Assembly (NCBI GenBank): GCA_947630455.1
Contig: CANRHP010000005.1
Span: 7,536-71,535, forward strand
Source of the DNA: an uncultured Clostridia bacterium
GTDB taxonomy: Bacteria; Bacillota; Clostridia; Christensenellales; CAG-314
Direction: 5' to 3'
DNA length: 64,000 nucleotides
The notes beneath the pieces are model-generated. The model made no database searches and had not been told where the DNA came from. It worked only from the letters and a program-made list of their open reading frames with translations. A program made the translations under genes and the position numbers. Each line of letters begins with the position of its first letter. Positions within the stretch are counted from its first letter, which is position 1. Positions 18,881-25,814 of this stretch are shown here, piece by piece.

Positions 18881-20209
18881 TTAATATTTTCTGTAAAGCA
18901 CTTCGTAAAAGCCCACAAAAAGCGGAATGAGAATGGCGATACCCAACGGTATAAATATGCAGCGCGACGTTTGGGCGTAGTTTGCAAATTCAACATTGCA
19001 CAATGCACTGATCCCGACCGCACCCAATACGATTATCACACAAATTACGGTTGCCACTATCATGGTTAAACGAAAGTTGAACACCGGTTTGTTTTTACGG
19101 GTAGGATCGACTATAGCGTAAATTGTAACGCCGATAGGCAACAGCATCAAAAGTCCGAGTGTAATTACAAACGGTGTCCACACACCCGCGGCAATGGACG
19201 ACAAAGCAAATACGCCGAAGTAAATCACAGCAACCAAATAGGTGAGCCAAGCCGCTTGACACAGTACTTTTGCTTGAGGTATAAGCATTTTGGATTTGTA
19301 TGTGGCTGTGGCATGATTGTATATACGCATGCGGATACCTTCTTTTGCCAAACTATCCGCAACATCTTCCAAAGCGGCGTGTCTTTCGTAGTAGGCAGTG
19401 GTGGCAGCCTCGGCCTTTACAGAGCTTATACCGTCAAGTTGGTCGCCGATAATGTTGCTCAGTACATGCTGATAGTTTTCTCCTTCCGACGGTTGACGTT
19501 CAGATACTTCCCGCGCGCGTTCCTCGAAGCTTTGCATAAAGTCTTCCGCATTGTCCTGATTAACCTCAAAAAGCGACTTTCTGTCCTCTTCGGTTTCTGT
19601 TTCGACAACAGGTTCCGGCTCCGTATTTGTCTCTACGGGACGTTCCACATATACAATGCGTTCAATAACCTTGGGTTCATCGACTTTCTCTTCCGAAATA
19701 GGTTCGTCTTCAACAGGCTCCGACTCTTTATTCTCACCTGCGTCCGTAAGCTCACGCAGACGTCTGGAGATTTCATCCTGTTCGTCAAGCTCATCTTGCA
19801 ATTCGGCACGTTTCGGACGTTTTGGGCTTCTTCGTCCGAATAGCGGTGTGGCTTCTTCTTGAGTGATTTCCACTCCGGTTGCCGTACCGTCAACAAGATC
19901 GTTGAGTACCTCTCTGTGGTATTGCCATTCGGAAATAAATTGCTCACAATTGGTTTTACCGGCTTTTGTCAACGCGTAATAACGTCTGCGTCCTCCGTTG
20001 GAGTTTTCACCCCAATAGGACACAATCAAGTCGTCCTCCTCCAATCTTTTCAGATAGGAGTAGAGGGTTGGCTGTTTTATTTCATATCGGTTGCTTGTGC
20101 GTTCCCTGATCTCTTTCGCAATCTCATAGCCGTATTTGTTTCCGTTATACAGCGAACACAATATTATGGTTTCAATATTGCCTTTTAAAAAGGTAAAATC
20201 CCCGCTCAT
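18881..20209 (-). CDS. PadR-family winged-helix regulator fused to an acidic linker and a C-terminal membrane domain
   Basis: Start at MSGDF behind AAGGAGGA. N-terminus matches the PadR signature (IILCSLYNGNKYGYEIAKEI...PTLYSYLKRLEEDDLIVSYW...RRRYYALTKAG). The middle is E/D/P-rich. The last 150 aa or so have 4-5 hydrophobic helices. Confidence 0.8.
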   Translation of the reverse strand: MSGDFTFLKGNIETIILCSLYNGNKYGYEIAKEIRERTSNRYEIKQPTLYSYLKRLEEDDLIVSYWGENSNGGRRRYYALTKAGKTNCEQFISEWQYHREVLNDLVDGTATGVEITQEEATPLFGRRSPKRPKRAELQDELDEQDEISRRLRELTDAGENKESEPVEDEPISEEKVDEPKVIERIVYVERPVETNTEPEPVVETETEEDRKSLFEVNQDNAEDFMQSFEERAREVSERQPSEGENYQHVLSNIIGDQLDGISSVKAEAATTAYYERHAALEDVADSLAKEGIRMRIYNHATATYKSKMLIPQAKVLCQAAWLTYLVAVIYFGVFALSSIAAGVWTPFVITLGLLMLLPIGVTIYAIVDPTRKNKPVFNFRLTMIVATVICVIIVLGAVGISALCNVEFANYAQTSRCIFIPLGIAILIPLFVGFYEVLYRKY

Positions 20210-20228
20210 GTGATCCTCCTTTGCAAAT

Positions 20229-20257
20229 ATTGTAAAATATATAGATATAATTGTCAA
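20229..20257 (-). promoter_or_regulatory. sigmaA-type promoter of the PadR-like gene
   Basis: TTGACA, 17 nt spacer, TACAAT on the - strand. Confidence 0.5.
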
Positions 20258-20267
20258 TATTTTAGAT

Positions 20268-20286
20268 TACTATTTCTGACATAGTA
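20268..20286 (+). repeat. palindromic motif copy B (TACTAT TTCTGAC ATAGTA)
   Basis: Read directly from the sequence. Lies just upstream of the -35 of the PadR-like promoter. Confidence 0.7.
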
Positions 20287-20315
20287 TGATAATAACTTGT
20301 TATTTCGAAATCAAT

Positions 20316-20344
20316 TTGACATATTAGTGAACAAATTTATAAAA
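20316..20344 (+). promoter_or_regulatory. possible promoter of the DUF45-like gene
   Basis: TTGACA, 16 nt spacer, TATAAA. Confidence 0.4.
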
Positions 20345-20385
20345 ATCCCCATTAACTTTTCGTCTAAATTTATTAGAATTTATTT

Positions 20386-21123
20386 ATGAAAGTGGAGGTC
20401 ACAAAAACGTATCGCCGTGTGGTGCGTATGCATATGGAAAACGGTGTGCTTAAGGTTGTGGCGCACTGGCTTCTTTCGGAAAAGAAATTGCGTCAAATCA
20501 TTACGGAAAATTTCGAATGGATAAATACGCACAAGGCTGATGGTAAAGCAGTTGAAGTCACCGCCCAATCGGATGTATTGCCGAAACGGCATGTTGAAAC
20601 CAAAAATGAATCTATGTCGCGTGAAGGAAGTATTCTCGGTGAAATCTATGACGGTTTTAAAACTGTGATTTTCGGCGATATTGTCAAGATCTGCGCGGGA
20701 ACAGGAACAAAAACGTATTTGGATGAAGACGTACTTTATATTCCTCAAAAAAGCTTTGCAAGCAGAGAATTACGATTGAAATCTATAAAAGCATATTTAA
20801 AAAAGATTGCTTCCGCATATGTGTCCAACGAAATTGCAAACTTCGGCAGTGACATTTCGCTTTGTCCGTCAAAAATCGAATTTCGCGACAACGATGATTT
20901 TTGGGTTAAATGTTCGCTTGCATCACAGCGTATACTTTGTTTTGATTATCGAATAGTGCAGCTGCCGCAAAAATTGCGGCGTTACGTTATTGCACATGCG
21001 TTTGCACATTTTGCGCATCCGTTGCATGATGATGACTTTTGGAACTTTATATCAAACGCATTGCCTCGATATAAAGATTATGCCAAAGAATTAGAACGGT
21101 ACCGTGTACTAAAAGAAATATAA
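20386..21123 (+). CDS. YgjP/DUF45-like (M48/SprT-type metallopeptidase fold) protein with a degenerate active site
   Basis: The C-terminal block W.KCS...I.....L...P..L..YVIAHAFAHFAHPLHDDDFWNF..N.LP.YK matches the DUF45 pattern (WGSCs...vvHELaHl...nHs..FW...P.y), but the HExxH reads HAFAH. No SD at the ATG. Confidence 0.65.
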   Translation: MKVEVTKTYRRVVRMHMENGVLKVVAHWLLSEKKLRQIITENFEWINTHKADGKAVEVTAQSDVLPKRHVETKNESMSREGSILGEIYDGFKTVIFGDIVKICAGTGTKTYLDEDVLYIPQKSFASRELRLKSIKAYLKKIASAYVSNEIANFGSDISLCPSKIEFRDNDDFWVKCSLASQRILCFDYRIVQLPQKLRRYVIAHAFAHFAHPLHDDDFWNFISNALPRYKDYAKELERYRVLKEI

Positions 21124-21125
21124 AA

Positions 21126-21163
21126 TCCGCTTCCGATATGTGCGAAAGCGGACTCGTTTTTTA
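21126..21163 (+). terminator. terminator between the convergent DUF45-like gene and lexA
   Basis: TCCGCTT ... AAGCGGA followed by CTCGTTTTTT. Confidence 0.6.
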
Positions 21164-21169
21164 TTATAT

Positions 21170-21772
21170 TCAAAATTTCTTAACACACCCGATAACTTTT
21201 CCGATAATTGACGGATTTTCTTCCGGAGTTATGATAATATCGGTCATTTGTTTATTTTCAGGGTGAAGCACAAGATTGGGAACAGTGGCGCTGATTCGCT
21301 TTATGGTGGCTTTATCCTGCCACAAAACGACAGCGATCTCACCTATTTCAACAATGTTTTGAGAATGAACGATAACATAATCTCCATCTGCTATTCCCGC
21401 GTCAATCATGCTGTCGCCTTCTACATGCAGCATATATAAATCGTTCCCGTGAAATATCTCCTGGGGCATCGGAAATTCGCCTTCGATGTTTTCCACGGCA
21501 AGAATACCTTTTCCTGCGCTGACATTACCTATCAGTGGAATATAATTAGACGGGCTGCGTGTCTGCGTAATAGAAAACGCACGCTTTTTGTTTGGATCCT
21601 GAGAAATCAGTCCGCGGTTGCGCAGCTTTTCCAAATAATAATGTACTGTAGAAGTGGATTTTATCGCAAATTTTTCGCCTATTTCGCGCACAGAAGGAGG
21701 AAAGCCGTTGTCATCCACAAAGGTCTTGATATAATTATAAATTTCTTCTAATCTAATGTCGCCTTTTTTCAT
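21170..21772 (-). CDS. lexA: LexA repressor
   Basis: 200 aa starting at MKKGDIRLEEIYNYI. wHTH (PSVREIGEKF), cleavage site SAG-KG, and the Ser/Lys dyad (GDSM ... ATIKR). The 47-codon 5' extension in the track was rejected. Confidence 0.93.
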   Translation of the reverse strand: MKKGDIRLEEIYNYIKTFVDDNGFPPSVREIGEKFAIKSTSTVHYYLEKLRNRGLISQDPNKKRAFSITQTRSPSNYIPLIGNVSAGKGILAVENIEGEFPMPQEIFHGNDLYMLHVEGDSMIDAGIADGDYVIVHSQNIVEIGEIAVVLWQDKATIKRISATVPNLVLHPENKQMTDIIITPEENPSIIGKVIGCVKKF

Positions 21773-21778
21773 ATTGAT

Positions 21779-21807
21779 ATTGTAGCATGTTTCGCAAAAA
21801 CGCGCAA
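21779..21807 (-). promoter_or_regulatory. possible lexA promoter placing the TSS at or next to the ATG
   Basis: TTGCGC, 17 nt spacer, TACAAT. Only 6 nt lie between the -10 and the ATG, and there is no SD. Confidence 0.4.
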
Positions 21808-21815
21808 TACAAAAA

Positions 21816-21829
21816 CAAACTTTTGTTCT
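21816..21829. promoter_or_regulatory. candidate LexA (Cheo-type) box
   Basis: CAAAC TTTT GTTCT matches GAAC-N4-GTTC at 7 of 8 positions. Lies in the 71-nt hflX-lexA spacer. Confidence 0.4.
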
Positions 21830-21843
21830 AAAAAAATAATGCG

Positions 21844-23091
21844 TTAAAAGCTGATATATTTTGCCACAACAGAAATATATTTTTTTGCAATTACGGCGCG
21901 GATAAAAGTGCACTCGTCGGTGTATTCAACGCTTTGACACTGAGCGCCGTATTTATTTAGTTCGGAAAGCAGTTTAGCGCTTTCTGTATGCGGTACCTTC
22001 AGCGTCAAAGAGGCATACTTATTCATAACGTAACTCTGTATCATATCCATCAGAACATCCAAATTTTTACCGGTTAAAGCCGATATGAAAACAGAAGAAA
22101 CATTCATTGCCGCGTCCCCCAATGATTCGTTTTTTATTATTTTGTCACATTTATTATAAACGCGGATCAGTGGTGCCGAGGTTTGTAGTTCGGCAAGCGT
22201 TTGTTCTGTTACCTCGATGTGTTTCTTTACGTTTTCGTCCGAAACATCACAAACATTCAAAAGCAGATCTGCCTGAGTTGCCTCTTCTAACGTGGACTTA
22301 AATGCTTCCAACAGCGAGTGGGGGAGTTCCTTGATAAATCCGACGGTGTCGCATAAGAGAATTTCCACGCCATTGCTCAATTTTACTTTCCTAACGGTTG
22401 TATCGAGGGTTGCAAAAAGTCGGTCGTCAGCATAAACGTCCGACCTCGTCAAACGGTTGAAGAGTGTAGATTTGCCGGCGTTGGTATAACCGACAAGCGC
22501 CACAGTAAACAAACCGTTTTCCGTGCGTTGTTTTCTTGTTAAATCACGATGCTGTTCTATTTCTTTCAGCTCTCGTTTAAGACGGTAAATACGTTCGCGT
22601 GCCGCACGCTTGTTTGTTTCTAATTTCGTCTCTCCAGGACCGCGTGTTCCTATTCCTGCGCCTTGGCGGGAAAAATCCCCCTCGGGTTTGGTCGCAAGAT
22701 TATAAGATAATTGAGCAAGCTCTACCTGTTTTTTACCTTCGGCAGAGGTGGCTCGCAATGCAAATATATCCAATATCAAATCTATTTTATCAATAACATC
22801 GCAATCCAGCTGTTTGGTTAGAACAGCTCGCTGAGTAGCATTTAGCGGACAGGAAAATATGACGACATCAATTTCGTCGTCAAGAAGCTCAATTGCGTGC
22901 TTTAACTCGTCTATTTTCCCTTTACCTACAACGGTGTTCGGATCGAGCGAATTGCGTTTCTGCGTGCATTGCAAGCGTATCTCGCCTTGTGCGGTGTGTA
23001 TAAGCTCTGTCAACTCGTAAAGGTCCTGCTCAACAGCAGAGTCGGGCAATTCCACATACATTAAAGCTACTTTTTCTAATTTAACGTTCAT
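21844..23091 (-). CDS. hflX: GTPase HflX
   Basis: HflX N-domain followed by the G domain (LVGYTNAGKSTLFNRLT, DTVGF, NKCD). Confidence 0.93.
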   Translation of the reverse strand: MNVKLEKVALMYVELPDSAVEQDLYELTELIHTAQGEIRLQCTQKRNSLDPNTVVGKGKIDELKHAIELLDDEIDVVIFSCPLNATQRAVLTKQLDCDVIDKIDLILDIFALRATSAEGKKQVELAQLSYNLATKPEGDFSRQGAGIGTRGPGETKLETNKRAARERIYRLKRELKEIEQHRDLTRKQRTENGLFTVALVGYTNAGKSTLFNRLTRSDVYADDRLFATLDTTVRKVKLSNGVEILLCDTVGFIKELPHSLLEAFKSTLEEATQADLLLNVCDVSDENVKKHIEVTEQTLAELQTSAPLIRVYNKCDKIIKNESLGDAAMNVSSVFISALTGKNLDVLMDMIQSYVMNKYASLTLKVPHTESAKLLSELNKYGAQCQSVEYTDECTFIRAVIAKKYISVVAKYISF

Positions 23092-23092
23092 A

Positions 23093-24160
23093 TCAGTTAT
23101 CCTTGTTGTCTGGTGTGTGTCGGAGGCTTACCTTTGTACTGGCATTTCTGCGAATATCCTCCGTTATAGCCGCGTAGTGCCGTTTTGTCGTGTTGACGTC
23201 TTTATGTCCAAGAACGTCCGCAACGACGTAAATATCGCCGGTATTACGGTAGAGCTGCGTGCCGAATGTAGAGCGCAGCTTGTGTGGTGTGATATGCTTG
23301 AGCGGAGTGGCAACAAGACTGTATTTTTTGATGATATTCTCCACTGCACGTGTAGTTATACGCTTTTTTTGCAATGACAAAAACAATGCAGGTTCGTCCT
23401 CGCTCGAAGTTTTTTCGGAAACTCGTATAGAGTAGTAGTCATACAGATAACCCTCAACTTCTTCGGAGAAGTAGAGTATTACGCGCGCTCCGCCTTTGCG
23501 CTGCACAACAAAGCTTCGGTCGTCAAAGTTGATGTCGTCGATATCAATACCGACTAATTCGCTAACGCGGATACCGGTTCCTAACAGCAAGCTAACTATT
23601 GCAAGGTCGCGAATACGCGTATTCTCCTGATATTTTTGTTGACGCTCACTCAAGCCTGCTCCTGTATCTACAACATCCATCATTGTTTCTATTTCGTCGC
23701 CATCCAAACGAATTATTTCTTTCTCGCGCAGCTTGGGTGTATCGACGGATGCGGTAGGATTGTAACGAATCAACTGCTTTTTTTCAAAGTATTTTATCAT
23801 GGAGCGTATTGCCGCCAACTTTCTGCTTTTACCGCGCGCGCCGTTGTTGACAATTTTTCCATCCTTGCGGTAAATTTCCACATAGCTGAGATATGCTTCT
23901 ATTTCAAAGGGCGACAACGATTCTATATCGGCAGGCGTAATGTCCTTAGTGGATTTTCCCTTAAAACGCCCGATTTTGCTTACCAAATATTTAAAAAAAG
24001 TGCGAATATCGTATCCGTAGTTAAGCCTGGTAAGCGGTGTGGTATTGGCTGAAATTCCAACAAAATACTCTCGGCAAAATTCGGGCAGATCCTCTTCTAA
24101 TATTTTGTCCAATTTTTCCAAATTTTCGGCGTCTCTGTTGTTGAAATATGTCTTGCTCAT
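23093..24160 (-). CDS. tyrosine recombinase, XerC/XerD-like
   Basis: Catalytic residues are in context: R (TGIRVSEL), HKLRSTF, LGHKDVNTTKRHY. N-terminal SAM-like core-binding domain. The stop lies 1 nt before the hflX start. Confidence 0.85.
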   Translation of the reverse strand: MSKTYFNNRDAENLEKLDKILEEDLPEFCREYFVGISANTTPLTRLNYGYDIRTFFKYLVSKIGRFKGKSTKDITPADIESLSPFEIEAYLSYVEIYRKDGKIVNNGARGKSRKLAAIRSMIKYFEKKQLIRYNPTASVDTPKLREKEIIRLDGDEIETMMDVVDTGAGLSERQQKYQENTRIRDLAIVSLLLGTGIRVSELVGIDIDDINFDDRSFVVQRKGGARVILYFSEEVEGYLYDYYSIRVSEKTSSEDEPALFLSLQKKRITTRAVENIIKKYSLVATPLKHITPHKLRSTFGTQLYRNTGDIYVVADVLGHKDVNTTKRHYAAITEDIRRNASTKVSLRHTPDNKDN

Positions 24161-24206
24161 GTTGTCATCCTCGATTCAAGCGGAAAATCAACGCTTTCCG
24201 GATATA

Positions 24207-24236
24207 TGATTTAGAAATAGTGTGTGATTTAGAAAT
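24207..24236. repeat. 12-bp perfect direct repeat TGATTTAGAAAT x2 with an 18-bp period
   Basis: Copies at 24207-24218 and 24225-24236. Lies at the predicted start of the xer-like transcript. Confidence 0.8.
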
Positions 24237-24243
24237 TAACTAT

Positions 24244-24272
24244 ATTATACACTTTATCTATTCGTAAAGCAA
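24244..24272 (-). promoter_or_regulatory. sigmaA-type promoter of the xer-like/hflX unit
   Basis: TTGCTT, 17 nt spacer, TATAAT on the - strand. Confidence 0.45.
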
Positions 24273-24287
24273 ATATTTTGCGAATAA
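24258..24287. promoter_or_regulatory. inverted-repeat operator candidate O1 (CTATTCGTAAA-N8-TTTGCGAATAA)
   Basis: 11-8-11 geometry. Overlaps the -35 and spacer of the xer-like promoter. Confidence 0.5.
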
Positions 24288-24537
24288 ATTTATCTTCAAA
24301 TTAGTTTATTGCGATGCGTTTTATCTTGTTATCTTAAAGTTAGTGAGAGAGAGGCTATTTATTTCCGAAAAGTGGTGGATTTTTTTATCATAACCTATAT
24401 TTCACATTGTTTTTTGATTTCAAAAAATAAACAGAATTTCTGATTAAAATATCAAGAGTTCTTCACTCACATGGTAGCGGTTGCGGAAATAAAATTGATT
24501 ATGGGTAAGAAAATATCTCCCCAAACCACATATATAA

Positions 24538-24567
24538 CTATTCGCAAAAGGCAGCTTTTGCGAATAG
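24538..24567. promoter_or_regulatory. inverted-repeat operator candidate O2 (CTATTCGCAAA-N8-TTTGCGAATAG)
   Basis: Same 11-8-11 geometry, with arms that are perfectly complementary. 280 bp from O1. Confidence 0.5.
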
Positions 24568-24807
24568 ATAAGGCAAAAAATAGGTTTTTGATAGGGTTTT
24601 AATTGAATTCTGACTGTTTGCTTTTTTTTACGCAAATCTTTTAGTTTGAGTCTTTGTCTAGGAAGAATATAACAAAGGTTTATTATCTCGGTAATTTGTT
24701 GATAAATTGAGATGAATTGATTGGTGATAAATCTAATTGATTGCGTATTTAACAGGCCGTTAAGATTTTCTCTATAAAAAAACTTTCTATTATTTTCCGT
24801 AAGTTAA

Positions 24808-25431
24808 CTATTTTTCGGTATCAAGCGGTTTCTTGGCGGGTTCACGGTCTTTTTTGAAATTTTTGCGATACATCACAATAGAAAAAACAAGCATTACGAG
24901 AGAAATTAAAGACGCAAATCCACCAAAAGTCAACATCCCTAAAATTAAAATGGAACTTATTGAAAGATGCAAAGTCGAAGTTGACGAATTTGTCTCAAAC
25001 TGTCCTTCAAAATCAAGCTTGTCGTTTGTCGGCGTTTCTAAAAATGCGCAGCATGCGACAACAATTTCAAATATCAAAAAAACAGCAAGTAAAATCGCGC
25101 TGATGATCATCGCCGACCGCCATAGCTGCGTTGAGGTACGAGGTTGCACATTATCATTGTCGGATAAATTTCTTATGTCGTGTGCAGATGTTGTTACTGG
25201 GTTAAATTTGACAGCATGGCAGCTTTCATTTGCTTTTTCATCATAAAAAAGATAGTTCATGTCTACACTGAAAAATCGGCATATTTCTACCGCTTTGTCA
25301 ACATCTACACTCACCTTGTCGTTTTCCCAATTTGAAATAGTTTGTCGCGAAACTTGAAGTTCTTCGGCAAGCTCTTCCTGCGACAAGCCTCGATTTTCGC
25401 GTAATTCCGTCAATTTTGATCCGAAACTCAT
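24808..25431 (-). CDS. XRE-family HTH regulator with C-terminal transmembrane segments
   Basis: N-terminus LTELRENRGLSQEELAEELQVSRQTISNWENDK is a classic Cro/C1 HTH. The C-terminal half has about 3 hydrophobic helices. Confidence 0.8.
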   Translation of the reverse strand: MSFGSKLTELRENRGLSQEELAEELQVSRQTISNWENDKVSVDVDKAVEICRFFSVDMNYLFYDEKANESCHAVKFNPVTTSAHDIRNLSDNDNVQPRTSTQLWRSAMIISAILLAVFLIFEIVVACCAFLETPTNDKLDFEGQFETNSSTSTLHLSISSILILGMLTFGGFASLISLVMLVFSIVMYRKNFKKDREPAKKPLDTEK

Positions 25432-25435
25432 ATTC

Positions 25436-25657
25436 CTACTTTTTATCCTTTTTTACTATGTGAACCACAATCAGCCAAAGCGTTAAGACGATTATTTCTG
25501 CTATACCGTAAGGTATTATAAGTAAAAAAGCAATCGAAGCTGGCGCGCTTGCAGTTTCTTGATGCAAAATATTTATATATGCGATCGTCACGTGAATTGT
25601 GCAAGCAATTGCCAACGCAACCAAGATGCAAACAAAAACAACAGCAATGCGTTTCAT
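25436..25657 (-). CDS. 73-aa two-TM membrane protein, probably co-transcribed with the XRE gene
   Basis: Start at MKRIAVVF behind AGGAGA. The stop lies 4 nt before the XRE start. The track's 5' extension was trimmed. Confidence 0.55.
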   Translation of the reverse strand: MKRIAVVFVCILVALAIACTIHVTIAYINILHQETASAPASIAFLLIIPYGIAEIIVLTLWLIVVHIVKKDKK

Positions 25658-25814
25658 TGTGAAATTCTCCTTTCGATGCTGTCTGCTCGGTACAATTTCA
25701 TTGTAGCGCAATTTCAAATGAAATTCTATCCAATCGCTTTGTCAATTGTGTCAAATTTATTTTACGCGTCTTTTTTGAAGGTAAATAATATTCTATACCT
25801 TCTCACTTTCTCGA

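Noticed and set aside
21773-21913. 5' extensions of track ORFs. Examples are lexA to 21913, recA from 12688, cinA from 11532, glgA to 51805, glgD to 52868, recN to 63411, deoB to 59693, hup to 58090, mutS to 32544, the PadR-like gene to 20257 and the membrane protein to 60350.
   Set aside because: In each case an internal ATG with a proper SD gives the canonical N-terminus. The extension overlaps the upstream gene, a terminator hairpin or a promoter.
24444-24635. 63-aa ORF inside the 647-bp spacer.
   Set aside because: No SD and an implausible composition. It runs straight through the O2 inverted repeat. I treat the region as non-coding regulatory DNA.
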